Below, one piece after another: positions 22,861 through 35,964 of a DNA stretch of 64,000 nt (positions within the stretch are counted from its first letter, which is position 1; every line of letters starts with the position of its first letter). The stretch spans positions 7,814,001 to 7,878,000 of the forward strand of contig CM075997.1 of the NCBI GenBank assembly GCA_038087875.1, written 5' to 3'. The DNA comes from Malacoraja senta (lineage: Eukaryota). Position numbers and translations under genes: made by a program. Below the pieces are notes generated by a model that was not told the origin of the DNA, searched no databases, and saw only the letters and a program-made list of their open reading frames with translations.

Positions 22861-23901
22861 ATGTTGTTAGGGGAGACGCAAGAGGCCGGGACTGTTTTCT
22901 CTTGGAGACAAAATATGGGCCTGATGGATGTGAATACCATTGTGCAAAGGTGTCGAAGGGAGTGGGTTGGTGCCCGATAAGTCCATTCCAACACAAATGC
23001 TGCCTGACCCGGTGTGTCCCTCCAGCACTGTGTTTTGCTTTGGTCAGTGCCTTGCCCCCTCTTGCAGTGCCAGCTTCCTTCGAGTCCACGCGCCTTACCC
23101 TCCACCCTCACTTTGAGTGAACCCCTCTCCCAGCTTCAGTGAAAACCTTGCCCGCCCTCCTCACCCCTACCAATGGACCTCTGGCCAACTCCTCTAGTGC
23201 CCATCACCAGCCAACAGGCGAATGATTCATTTAAACATTCAAAAGAAAAGGCAGGCATTCCTGTTTATTTGGATGTTTTGGCATGGAGTTAAACAGCACA
23301 CAGATCAGTAAGCATTATTTGTTCAACAATTCATGTCAGAGCAATCAGCATACATTTCTGGTTGATTACATCTATACCTCGACAGTGAGAAGGTGGAGTG
23401 GGGACGGGTGAAAGGGCATCAGAATGCTGGCCTAGGCTGTCATCCCATCTGCTGCCATCTTTTGCATCTGACACCCAACGCACTCATGTGAACTCCCCCA
23501 ACCTTTGTATCCTCCGTACCCCCTGAACTATACTGTCTCCAGCCCACCTTGATGCATCTGACCCAACCCCAGCTCTCCATTCCCCTCTTCCTGTCCTCTA
23601 GCCAGAATTCCCGTTGTCTCTCTCTCACTCTGATCTAATGCATTTCATGTTGAATGCTTCCATTTTACTCCACAAACCCAACTGGTCCCTTGTCCCCTTC
23701 ACTTCTGATCCTCCTCTTCATCAAACCATTCCCACTGCCTCACTATCCTCCATCTCCCCAGATTCATGGACCTAACTCCCTGCTCTCCCACCGATCCATC
23801 CATTCAACAGATCTCACCCTTCCCCTTTGCTCCCTGACACCTCCACCAATTCCTCCTGACCCACATATATACCCCCCCCCCCCCCACCCCTGGCCGAGAT
23901 C

Positions 23902-23907
23902 TTTAAT
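23902..23907 (-). promoter_or_regulatory. Candidate nckap1l polyadenylation signal (ATTAAA)
   Basis: ATTAAA 70 nt after the stop, followed by a G/GT-rich tract; alternative AATAAA near 23265. Confidence 0.4.
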
Positions 23908-23976
23908 GTTATAATGTTCATTGTACTGTATTACATTTAGCTTAACAAATTAATTTGAAGAAATAACGCATTGCAT

Positions 23977-24093
23977 TTATCCTGTGGTCATGATCACAGG
24001 CCTGTATGCTTCACGAAAGGCATTCCTCAGCAGAACATAGGGAAAGCAGGTCTCCAGCATATCCATTTCCAGGAATGGCGACTCCTCGATCAA
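23977..24093 (-). CDS. nckap1l: NCK-associated protein 1-like (HEM1), last coding exon
   Basis: ttttgcag|[38 protein letters not shown]; matches the NCKAP1/NCKAP1L C-terminus. Confidence 0.93.
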   Translation of the reverse strand: MIEESPFLEMDMLETCFPYVLLRNAFREAYRPVIMTTG

Positions 24094-24589
24094 CTGCAAA
24101 ACAGCAATTTATTTTAACAAACTGTTGAAATTAAGATAGTTCAAACACAATTAGGTAAAAAAGGGTATCCAATGTGAGTGAATTAGTAACACTCAGATAC
24201 CCACATAGCCCATTGCTCCTTGAACACAGATCCAATTAGTTCTCCTCTACTGACACACTCATCCGCCTGGAGGAACTTGTCCTCGCCCTCGCCCTCGCCA
24301 ACTTCTCCTTTCGCTCCTCCCACATTCTTTGAATTAAAGCTGTAGCCATTGGCACTCATGGAGTGACACAACGTGGAAACAGGCCCTTTGGCCCAACTTG
24401 CCCATACTGGCCAACATGTCCTAACTACACTAGTCCCACCTGCCTGCATTTGGTCTATATCCCTCCAACCCTCTACCTGTCTAACTGTTTCATAAGTTGG
24501 GACAGTCCCTTTAGACGTTGGGATACTCCCTGACTCACGTGTGCCCAGCTACGCCTGCCTCTTTCTTAGTTAGGTCAAAGAGTCATTGT

Positions 24590-27230
24590 TCCAAACATAC
24601 ATACGATGGCAGAGGAGCTGAACCTCTTTTTTGCTCGCTTTGAAGTGGAGCCACCAGAGACAGCCATATCACACCGCATGGTCCACAGCAGCTTACCCCT
24701 CAGAATAGAGGAGCATGAGGTGAGGCGCACGCTGCGGGCCATCAATCCGAGGAAGGCTGCTGGACCCGACGGCGTTTCTGGACGCGTGCTGAAGGACTGC
24801 GCAGACCAGCTGGCTGGAGTCTTTACGAGGATTTTCAACCAGTCTCTGGCCCAGTCCACTGTCCCATCCTGTCTGAAGTCCTCAACCATAGTCCCCTTGC
24901 CCAAAAAAAACCACATTTCCAGTCTCAACGACTACCGGCCAGTCGCACTCACACCAGTGGTGATGAAGTGCTTTGAAAAGCTGGTCCGGGGTCACATCAC
25001 ATCACTCCTGCCCCAAAGCTTTGACCCCCACCAGTTTGCGTATAGAGCGAATAGATCCACAGAGGACGCTGTAGCCACAGCCCTCCATGCTGCACTGTCA
25101 CATCTGGAGCAGCGGGGGAGCTATGTGCGGATGCTCTTTGTGGACTCCAGCTCTGCTTTTAACACCATCCTTCCCCACAAACTGGTGGACAAACTGGGGG
25201 ACCTGGGACTTCCACACTCCACCTGCATGTGGATAAAGAGCTTCCTGTCGGGTCGCAGTCAGAGAGTCAGAGTGGGCCATCACACATCTATGGCCCTCAG
25301 CCTCAGTACCGGCTCTCCACAGGGCTGCGTGCTGAGCCCCCTGCTTTACACCATCTACACATATGACTGCACCCCCGCCCACCACAGTAACACCATTGTC
25401 AAATTCGCGGATGACATAGATACATAGAAAATAGGTGCAGGAGTAGGCCATTCGGCCCTTCGAGCCTGCACCGCCATTCAATATGATCATGGCTGATCAT
25501 CCAACTCAGTATCCCGTACCTGCCTTCTCTCCATACCCCCTGATCCCTTTAGCCACAAGGGCCACATCTAACTCCCTCTCAAATATAGCCAATGAACTGG
25601 CCTCAACTACCCTCTGTGGCAGAGAGTTCCAGAGATTCACCACTCTCTGTGTGAAAAAGTTTTTCCTCATCTCGGTCTTAAAGGATTTCCCCCTTATCCT
25701 TAAGCTGTGACCGCTTGTCCTGGACTTCCCCAACATCGGGAACAATCTTCCTGCATCTAGCCTGTCCAACCCCATAAGAATTTTGTACGTTTCTATAAGA
25801 TCCCCTCTCAATCTCCTAAATTCTAGCGAGTATAAGCCAAGTCTACCCAGTCTTTCTTCATATGAAAGTCCTGACATCCCAGGAATCAGTCTGGTGAACC
25901 TTCTCTGCACTCCCTCTATGGCTATAATGTCCTTCCTCAGATTTGGAGACCAAAACTGTAAGCAATACTCCAGGTGTGGTCTCAGCAAGACCCTGTACAA
26001 CTGCAGTAGAACCTCCCTGCTCCTATACTCAAATCCTTTTGCTATGAAAGCTAACATACCATTCGCTTTCTTCACTGCCTGCTGCACCTGCATGCCTACT
26101 TTCAATGACTGGTGTACCATGACACCCAGGTCTCGCTGCATCTCCCCATTTCCTAATCGGCCACCATTTAGATAATAGTCTGCTTTCCTGTTTTTGCCAC
26201 CAAAGTGGATAACCTCACATTTATCCACATTATACTGCATCTGCCAAACATTTGCCCACTCACCCAGCCTATCCAAGTCACCTTGCAGTCTCCTAGCATC
26301 CTCCTCACAGCTAACACTGCCCCCCAGCTTAGTGTCATCCGCAAACGATGACACCACGGTGGTGGGGCTCATCTCTGGGGGGGATGAGTACGCCTACAGG
26401 GATGAGGTGGAGCAGCTGACAGGGTGGTGTGGAGAAAATAACCTGCTCCTCAACACCTCAAAGACCAAGGAGCTCATAATAGACTACAGAAAGAAGAAAA
26501 CGGACATTACACCACTAATCATCGATGGGGACTGTGTGGAGAGGGTGGTGGATTTCCGCTTCCTGGGAATCCACATTGAGGAGGACCTGACTTGGAGCAT
26601 GAACACCTCTGCGCTGCTGAAAAAGGTCCAGCAGAGACTGTACTTCCTGAGGGTGCTCAGGAAGAACAACATCACCCAGAGACTGCTGCTATCCTTTTAT
26701 CGGTGCTCAATAGAGAGCATCTTAACATTCTGTGTATGCGTGTGGTACACCAGCTGCACAGCGGCTAAGAGGAAAGCGCTCCAGAGGGCTATTGACAACG
26801 CCCCGAAGATTATCGGCTGCCCTCTCCTCACCTTGGAGGACCTACACAGTTCCCACTGTCTCAAAAAATCCCAGAAGATCATAAAGGACATTTTCCACCC
26901 CGGTCACTCCCTGTTTGAACTGCTGCCGTCAGGCAGACGGTACAGATCAATGAGGACAAGGACAAACAGACTCAAAAACAGTTTTTATCCCACAGCAATA
27001 ACTACACTTAATGTAGCCACCAAATGAGTGCAGGTGTGCTACACACCAAAGGGACTGTGAAATCGACAGAAGAATGTGTTTTTTTTTCATGTCATTTATT
27101 TTAGTTGTTTATCTTAGACTTTTGCTCTTAGAAAATGTGCGAATGGTGCATTGACTGGTTGGCATTTCTAATTTCGTTGTACATGTTTACATGTTATAAT
27201 GACAATAAAGTATTCATTCATTCATTCATT
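24590..27230 (+). mobile_element. Rex1/Babar LINE (5'-truncated); RT ORF split by a CR1 insertion
   Basis: KAAGPDG, DYRPVALT, QFAYRANRSTEDA, PQGCVLSPLL, KFADD|TTVVGLI, KTKELIID, SGRRYRS; (ttca)n tail; the two halves join in frame. Confidence 0.93.
25417..26346 (-). mobile_element. CR1 3' portion inserted in the Rex1 FADD codons
   Basis: ORF 25506-26372 FADDTKLGG...GY*; TSD GATGACA at 25410-25416 and 26347-26353. Confidence 0.95.
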
Positions 27231-27299
27231 CATTCACTATGGCACCGTTCCCAAACTCGTTCTCCGCTGTATCAGTGACTGTTGCGAGGTTGCCACCTA

Positions 27300-29075
27300 C
27301 ACCCTCGCAGGACATATAATTTCATTAAATTTTGTCACCAAATTCCACATTGCCCTGAAATTCACTATATCCGACACCTTTCCCCCCTTACTAGATCTCT
27401 CCGTCTTTAACACAGAGGACATGCTATCGACTGACATCTACTCCAAACCAATCGACTCCCACTCTGCCTCTTGCAAAGATGCTATCCCTGGCTCTCAAGT
27501 TCTCTGTCTCCGCTGCATCTGCTCTCAAGATGAGGCTTTCCTTGGTAGAACATCAGAGATGTCATCTTTATTTAGTAAATGTGAGTTTCCCCTTTCTGTT
27601 GTAGATGGGTTCTTACCTGTGACTACTCTGTGCCCAGTAGAAACATAGAAACATAGAAAATAGGTGCAGGAGTAGGCCAGTCGGCCCTTCGAGCCTGCAC
27701 CGCCATGCAATATGATCATGGCTGATCATCCAACTCAGTATTCTGAACCTGCCTTCTCTCCATACCCCCTGATCTCTTTAGCCACAAGGGCCACATCTAA
27801 CTCCCTCTTAAATATAGCCAATGAACTGGCCTCAACTACCTTCTGTGGCAGAGAATTCCACAGATTCACCACTCTGTGTGAAAAATGTTTTTCTCTTCTC
27901 GGTCCTAAAAGACTTCCCTCTTGTCCTTAAACTGTGACCCTTTGTTCTGGACTTCCCCAACATTGGGAACAATCTTCCTGCATCTAGCCTGTCCAACCCC
28001 TTAAGAATTTTGAAAGTTTCTATAAGATCCCCCCTCAATCTTCTAAATTCCAGCGAGTACAAGCCGAGTCCATCCAGTCTTTCTTCATATGAAAGTCCTG
28101 CCATCCCAGGAATCAGTCTGGTGAACCTTCTCTGTACTCCCTCTATGGCAAGAATGTCTTTCCTCAGATTAGGAGACCAAAACTGTACGCAATACTCCGG
28201 GTGTGGTCCCACCAAGGCCCTGTACAACTGCAGTAGAACCTCCCTGCTCCTATACTCAAATCCTTTTGCTATGAATGCTAACATACCATTCGCTTTCTTC
28301 ACTGCCTGCTGCACCTGCATGCCTACTTTCAATGACTGGTGTCCCATGACACCCAGGTCTCGTTGCATCTCCCCTTTTCCTAATCGGCCACCATTCAGAT
28401 AATAGTCTACTTTCCTGTTCTTGCCACCAAAGTGGATAACCTCACATTTATCCACATTATACTGCATCTGCCATGCATTTGCCCTCTCACCCAACCTATC
28501 CAAGTCACCTTGCAGCCTCCCAGCATCCTCCTCACAGCTAACACTGCCCCCCAGCTTCGTGTCATCCGCAAACTTGGAGATGTTACATAGAAACATAGAA
28601 AATAGGTGCAGGAGGCCATTCGGCCCTTCGAGCCAGCACCGCCATTCGTTGTGATCATGGCTGATCGTCCCCTATCAATAACCCGTGCCTGCCTTCTCCC
28701 CATATCCCTTGACCCCACTAGCCCCTAGAGCTCTATCTAACTCTCTCTTAAATCCATCCAGTGACTTGGCCTCCACTGCCCTCTGTGGCAGGGAATTCCA
28801 TAAATTCACAACTCTCTGGGTGAAAACGTTTTTTCTCACCTCAGTCTTAAATGACCTCCCCTTTATTCTAAGACTGTGGCCCCTGGTTCTGGACTCCCCC
28901 AGTTCCCCTGGTTCTCATTTTTCATTCCATCAGCCCCCACATCCAACACTTTATACTGCAGGCATTTGTCATCTCCAACGTGATGCCACTCACAACCAGT
29001 CACATCTTCTTATCTCTACCGCTTTTCACCTTCCACAGAGGCCTCCGCCTCTGCAACTGTTTGGTTCACTCATAG
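27300..29075 (+). mobile_element. Degenerate Penelope-like RT fragment (27300-27630, resumes ~28900-29075) interrupted by CR1s
   Basis: LKFTIS...LDLSV...TDIYSKPIDSH...CKDAIP.SQ.LCLRCICS; second part resembles 18080-18250. Confidence 0.7.
27640..28900 (-). mobile_element. Two adjacent CR1 3' portions (27640-28583 and 28584-28900)
   Basis: ISKFADDTKLGG ORF 27832-28596; two acatagaa tails with 3' hairpins. Confidence 0.92.
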
Positions 29076-29640
29076 ATTCATAGAGTCATAGTGATACAGA
29101 GTGTCTATAGTCATAGTGATACAGTGTGGAAAAAGCATGTAGTCTATGACTATGCAGTCATAGTCATAGACTCTATAGTCATAGTGATGTAGTGTGGAAC
29201 AAGGCCCGTCGACCCAACCCACCCACACCGGCCAACAATGTCCCAGCTACACTAGTCCCATTTGCTGCGCTTGGACTATATCCCTCCAAACCTGTCCTAT
29301 CCATGTATGTGTCTAAGTGTTTCTTAAACGATTTGATAGTCCCAGCCTCAACTACTTCCTCTGGCAGCTCGTTCCATACATCCACCAACCTTTATGTGAA
29401 AAAGTTACCCCTCGGATTCCTATTAAATCTTTTCCCCTTCACCTTGAACCTATGTCCACTTGTCCTCGATTCCCCTACTCTGGGCAAAAGACTCTGTGCA
29501 TCTACCCAATCTATTCGTCTCAAGATTTTACATACATCTATAAGAACTCCCCTCATCCTCCTGCACTACATAGAATAGAGACTCAGCCTACTCAACCTCT
29601 CCCAATAGCTCACACCCTCTAGTCCTGGCAACATCTTCTT
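29075..29640 (-). mobile_element. CR1 3' end, subfamily with a TCATAGAG-type tail
   Basis: VDVWNELPEEVVEAG...GLEGY; repeated tcatag tail. Confidence 0.85.
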
Positions 29641-29649
29641 TACTCTTTT

Positions 29650-32600
29650 AAAAACATAGAGAATATAGAAAATAGGTGCAGGAGGAGGCCATTTGGCCCT
29701 TCGAGCCAGCACCGCCATTCATTGTGATCATGGTTGATCATCCCCTATCAATAACCCGTGCCTGCCTTCTCCCCATATCCCTTGATTCCACTAGCACCTA
29801 GACCTCTATCTAACTCTCTCTTAAATCCATCCAGTGATTTAGCCTCTGTGGCAGGGAATTCCACAAGTTCACAACTCTCTGGTTGAAAAAGGTTTTGCTC
29901 AACTCAGTCTTCAATGGCCTCCCCTTTATTCTAAGACTGTGGCCCCTGGTTCTGGACTCGCCCAACATTGGGAACATTTTTCCTGCATCTAGCTTGTCCA
30001 GACGTTTTATAATTTTATATGTTTCGATAAGATCCCCCTCATCCTTCTAAACTCCAGTGAATACAAGCCTAGTCTTTTCAATCTTTCCTCACATGAGAGT
30101 CCCGCCATCCCAGGTATCAATCTCGTGAACCTATGCTGCACTGCCTCAATCACAAGGATGTCCTTCCTCAAATTAGAAGACCAAAACTGTACACAATACT
30201 CCAGATGTGGTTTCACAGAGCATCTGGAGCATACAACTGCAGAAGAACCTCTTTACTCCTATACTGAAATCCTCTTGTTATGAAGGCCAACATTCCATTA
30301 GCTTTCTTCACTGCCTGCTGTACCTGCTCGCCAACTTTCAGTGACTGGTGTACAAAGACACCCAGGTCTCGCTGCACCTCCCCCTTACCTAACCTAACCC
30401 CATTGAGATAATAATCTGCCACCTTGTTTTTGCCGCCAAAGTGGATAACCTCACATTTATCTATATTATACTGCATCTGCCACGCATCTGCCCACTCACT
30501 CAACCTGTCCAGGTCACCCTGCAACCTCCTGACATCCTCTTCACAGTTCACACTGCCACCCAGCTTTGTGTCATCCGCAAACTTGCTAGTGTTCCTCCTA
30601 ATTCCCTCTTCCAAATCATTAATATATATGGTAAACAGTTGCGGCCCCAACACCGAGCATTGCGGCACTCCACTCGCCACTGCCTGCCATTCTGAAAAGG
30701 ACCCGTTCACTCCTACTCTTTGCTTCCGGTCTGCCAACTAATTTTCTATCTATGTCAACACCCTACCCCCAATACCATGTGCTCTAATTTTAGTCACCAG
30801 TCTCCCGTGCGGGACCTTATCAAAGGCTTTCTGAAAGTCTAGATACACTACATCCAGTGGCACCCCTTCATCCATTTTACTTGTCACATCCGCAAAAAAT
30901 TCCAGAAGATTAGTTAAGCATGATTTCTCTTTCATAAATCCATGTTGACTTGGACTAATCCTTTTACTGCTATCCAAATGCCCCGTTATTACCTCTTTAA
31001 TAATTGACCAGCATCTTTCTCACCACCGAAGTCAGGCTAACTGGTCTGTAATTCCCCGTTTTCTCTCTCACTCCATTCTTGAAAAGTGGGATAACATTAG
31101 CTATCCTCCAATCCACAGGAACTGATCCTGAATCTCTTGAACATTGGAAAATGACCACCAATGCATCCACTATTTCTAGAGCCACCTCCCTGAGGACCCT
31201 GGGATGCAGACCATCAGGCCCAGGGGATTTATCATCCTTCAGTCCCATTAGCCTACCCAATACTATTTCTCGCCTAATGAAAATCTCTTTCAGTTCCTCT
31301 ACCCCCTTAGATCCTCTGTCCTCGAGTACATCTGGGAGATTGTTTGTGTCTTCCTTAGTGAAGACAGATCCGAAGTACCTATTCAACTCTTCTGCCATTT
31401 CCTTGTTGCCCATAATAATTTCACCCGTGTCTGCCTTCAAAGGACCCACATTTGACTTTGCTACTCTTTTTCCCTTAACATATCTAAAGAAGCTTTTACT
31501 GTCCTTCTTTATATTCCTGGCCAGCTTCCCCTCATACTTCATCTTTTCAGCCCGTATTGCCCGTTTTGTTTCCTTCTGTTGTCCTTTGAAAGTTTCCCAA
31601 TCCTCTGGCTTCTGGCTACTCTTTGCTGTGTTAACCTCGAGGTCCTTTATCAAATCCGGTTCATTACATAACACTAAATCCAGAATTGCCTTCTCCCTGG
31701 TAGGCTCCAATACAAGCTGTTCAAAGAATCCATCACGGAGGCACTCTACAAAGTCCCTTTCTTGGGGTCCAGTACCAACCTGATTTTCCCAGTCTACCTG
31801 CATGTTGAAATCTCCCATAACAACCATAGCATTACTTTTACTACATGCGAATTTTAACTCCTGATTCAACTTGCGACCTATGTCCAGGCTACTGTTTGGG
31901 GGCCTGTAGATTAGTCCCTTTAGCGACGTTTTACCCTTACAATTCCTTAGTTCTATCCATACTGACTCCACATCTCCTGTTTCAATGTCACCCCTTGCAA
32001 GGGCTGAATTTCATTCCTCACCAGCAGGGCAACCCCACCCCCTCTGCCCACCTGTCTGTCTTTTCGATAGGAGGTATACCCTTGAATATTCAGTTCCCAG
32101 CCCTGGCCCTCTTGCAGCCATGTCTCAGTAATTCCCACAACATCATACTTGCCAGTTTCTAACTGAGCTTCAAGCTCGTCCACTTTATTCCTTATACTTC
32201 GTGCATTCATATACAGTACTTTGATCTCCGTATTCACTTCCCCCCTCGCAATTGGCCCTGACCTTATTCTGTTGTCCATTCTCAAGCTTTCCTTCCCATT
32301 AATTCGAGAATCTTTTGTAATTTTTCCTGCAGCCACTTCCCCTTCAATTCCATCTTTATACTCCCAATTTGTCAATCCCTCCTCCCCACTATTTAGTTTA
32401 ACCCCACACGTGTAGCCCTAGCAAACCTGCCTGCCATAATGTCGGTCCCCCTCCAGTTAAGGTGTAACCCGTCCCTTTTGTACAGGTCAACCTTACCCCA
32501 GAAGAGATCCCAGTGGTCGATAAATCTAAATCCTTGCACCCTGCACCAGCCTCCCAGCCACACATTCAGATCCCCTATGTCCCTGTTCCTGTCCTCATTA

Positions 32601-32752
32601 GCACGTGGTACTGGAAGCAATCCGGTGATAACCACCCTAGAAGTCAGGCAGTTTCTTCCCAACTCTCTGAAGTCCTGTTGGAGAACCTCCTTCCTCTTCT
32701 TCCCGATGTCATTTGTGCCTACGTGTACAACTACTGCCGGCTGTTCTCCTTC
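29650..32752 (-). mobile_element. CR1 subfamily A, long copy (partial ORF1, EN, RT, 3' tail) with an internal deletion near 31635
   Basis: ORFs 32393-32662 (SGNH), 31953-32375, 30997-31971, 30750-30977, 30213-30737 (FADD), 30007-30216. Confidence 0.93.
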
Positions 32753-33137
32753 AGGATCTTATAGAAACTTACAAAATTCTTAAGGGGTTGGACACGCTAG
32801 ATGCAGGAAGATTGTTGGGCAAGTCCAGAACAAGGGGTCACAGTTTAAGGATAAGGGGGAAGTCTTTTAGGACCGAGATGAGAACACATTTTTCACACAG
32901 AGTGGTGAATCTCTGGAATTCTCTGCCACAGAAGGTACAGTAGTTGAGGCCAGTTAATTGGCTATATTTTAGAGAGAGTTAGATGTGGCCCTTGTGGATA
33001 AGGCGATCAGGGGGTATGGAGAGAAGGCAGGTATAGGATACTGTGTTGGATGATCAGCTATGATCATATTGAATGGCGGTGCAGGCTCGAAGGGCCGAAT
33101 GGCCTACTCCTGCACCTATTTTCTATGTTTCTATGTT
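32753..33137 (+). mobile_element. CR1 3' end in plus orientation
   Basis: [11 protein letters not shown]...; (ttctatgt)n tail. Confidence 0.88.
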
Positions 33138-33597
33138 TCTCTCTCTCGAGGATGTTCAGAATTCGGCTTGTGACAACCTGAACCCTGGCACCAGGGAGGC
33201 AGCAGACCATCCTCGCATCTCGTCTGCAGTCTGTCTAACTGTTTCGTAAACAATGGCATAGTCCCACCCCCAACTACCTCCTCTGGCAGCTTGTTCCATA
33301 CACCCACCACCTTCCTTTGTGATTTACGGATAGTAACATCCACCTTCCCATCACACCTTCCAATTTCTGATCAGCTGCTCGGGTTCCCACTCCCCTCCCA
33401 CACTAGTGTAAACTCTCCCAAGTTGCACCAGTGAACTTTCCTGCAAGGATACTGGTCTCTGTACAGTTCAGATGCAACCCTCTGCCCAAGAGATCCCAAT
33501 GGTACAAAAATCCAAATCCCTGCCCTCTGCACCCACTCCTCAGGCACACATTTTTCCTATCGGCCTTTCCTGTCCTCAATCGTACATGACACTGGCA

Positions 33598-34345
33598 GTA
33601 GAAACATAGAAACATAGAAAATAGGTGGAGGAGGCCATTCGGCCCTTTGAGCCAGCATTGGAATCACATCCATTCATTGTGATCATGGCTGATCGTCCGC
33701 AATCAATAACCCGTGCCTGCCTTCTCCCCATATCCCTTGATTCCACTGGCCCCTAGAGCTCTATCCAACTCTCTCTTAAATCACCAAATCCAGTTATTTG
33801 GCCTCCATTGCCCTATGTGGCAGGGAATTCCACAAATTCACAACTCTCTTGCTGAAAAAGTTTTATCTCACCTCAGTCTTAAATGGCCTCCCCTTTATTC
33901 TAACACTGTGGCCCCTGGTTCTGGACTCGCCCAACATTGGGAACATTTTTCCTGCATCTAGCTTCTCTTATATAATTTTTTTTTTTTATAAGATCCCCCT
34001 CATCCTACTAAATTCCAGTGAATACAAGCCTAGTGTTTTCAATCTTTCCTCATATGACAGTCCCGCCATCCCAGGGATCAATCTCGTGAACCTACGCCGC
34101 ACTGCCTCAATCACAAGGATGTCCTTCCTCAAATTAGGAGACCAACACTGTACACAATACTCCAGATGTGGTCTTACCAGTGCCCTATACAACTGCAGAA
34201 GAACCTCTCTATTCCTATACTTGTTATGAAGGCGAACATTAGCTGTTTTCACTGCCTGCTGTACCTGCACGCCAAATTTCAGTGACTGGTGTACAAGAAC
34301 ACCAAGGTCTCGCTGCACCTCCCCCTTACCTAACCCAACCCCATT
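33598..34345 (-). mobile_element. CR1 3' portion
   Basis: ORF 33986-34318 LYRALVRPHLEYC; acatagaa tail. Confidence 0.9.
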
Positions 34346-34686
34346 GTGATAACCCAGAGATCACTACCCTCACAGTGCTGCTTTTTAATCTTCTGCCTAA
34401 CTTACGATATTCACTTTGTAGTACCCATGCCATTAGTGTAAATCTGCACAGCGGCCTCCAGCTGCTCACCTCCCCCTTTCAAGGTGAAAGTGTGCTTTGG
34501 TTTATCCTGAACAAGACTGTTCGGATGATGGGCTGAGAGATGGCAGTTGCCAGAACACCAGCAGACCAGTGTCTTTGTCAAGGATCGATAGTGGCTGCAC
34601 TGAGGCGGGGTTCGGAGAGGCAGAGATTACTGCAATGGTCCACAACCCTCTCCACAAAGTGCTGACGTGATGAAGGTGCAGCTTAC

Positions 34687-34776
34687 CATATGCAGAATGA
34701 GATAAACTGACTCCCGATTCCTCACAAGAGCTTTATCCGTTTCTTGGCCAATCTGCAGAAGACTCATTGAGGCACA
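34687..34776 (-). CDS. nckap1l: nckap1l internal exon (90 bp)
   Basis: gtttag|[30 protein letters not shown]|gtaagc. Confidence 0.93.
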
Positions 34777-34989
34777 CTAAACAATGAACAAAACAAAACA
34801 CAAATGAAATTCTGTGACCATCCACAATAAGATGAAAATGACATCCCACCCTTCGGTCTGCTCAGACTAAACTAACAGCACGTCACCTCCAAACTGATAG
34901 CAAGCTTCAGGATTGTACACCATACGTTCAGGTCCTCCCTCACTCTTCTGAACACAAGCAGATAAGCCTTCAACTGTTTCCTCACAAGA

Positions 34990-35420
34990 AATACCCTATG
35001 ACCCTCTCTCAGTCTTTTCTCTGACCGTGTCTCACGGTTTCCTGTGACTCTCTCCCCTCTGAACTTCTCTCACTCTCCCCTCTGACCCTCTCTCACTCTG
35101 ACCCTCTGGCACCTCTCCCGCTCCCCTCTGACCTTCTCTCACTGTGACCCTCTCTCACTCTCATCCTCTCTCACTCTGCACTCTGACCACCTCCCCTCTG
35201 ACCTTCCTGGATATTCTGCTCTGACCCTTCCCTGTCAGTCTTCTCCACCCCACCTGATCCTTCCCTGACCCTTGTCTCTGGACACTCCCTGACCCCTTAC
35301 TCTGGGTGCTTGCCTCTGGATGTTGTGACGCTAACATCCTCCCTAATTCTGCTCCCCAGTGACCTTTGTAATTACGTCCATGACCCTTCCCTCTGGTTGC
35401 TCCCAGGTGACCCTTGGCCT
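34990..35420. repeat. Pyrimidine-rich low-complexity repeat (ctgaccctctctcact-like units)
   Basis: Recurrent ctgacc/ctctcact motifs. Confidence 0.7.
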
Positions 35421-35964
35421 TCATTGTTACATGTCATACGGTCCTACAGCATGTAAACAAGCCCTTTGGCCCAACTTGTCCATGCCGACCAAGGTGTCCA
35501 TCTGGGCCAGTCCCATTTGCCTGCTTTCGGACTGAACCTTTCCTATCCAAGTTCCTCGTCTTCGGACTCTGACAGTAACCAGGCCCCTTCCACTCGGCAA
35601 AGGGAAAGCCACGATATTTGCTTTGGGCTGGAAATAAGTGAACAACAGGATGGGAAGGATCCAGTCATCGTGAAATCTGTTCTGCTTCGTTAGTTTAACG
35701 GGCAGCAAATTAATTGTTTTCTCTGGAACGTCAGAGACTGAGGTTCTTATGGACCTGGTAGAAGCATATAAAATTATGAAAGGCATAGATAGGGTAGACA
35801 GTCACAACCCTTTCCCTAGGAGTTCAAAATTGATGATAATTAGTTTTTGTGCACAGAGGGAGGTAGGGCTTGGGATGTGCTGCTGGGGGTGATGGTTGAG
35901 GCAGATGTGGTCGTGGTATTTAAGAGGCTTTTCAATAGGCACATGGATCTGCAGGGAACCATGT

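Noticed and set aside
31079..31783. Long antisense ORFs over CR1 ORF2 (many similar cases)
   Set aside because: Shadow frames of the RT coding strand
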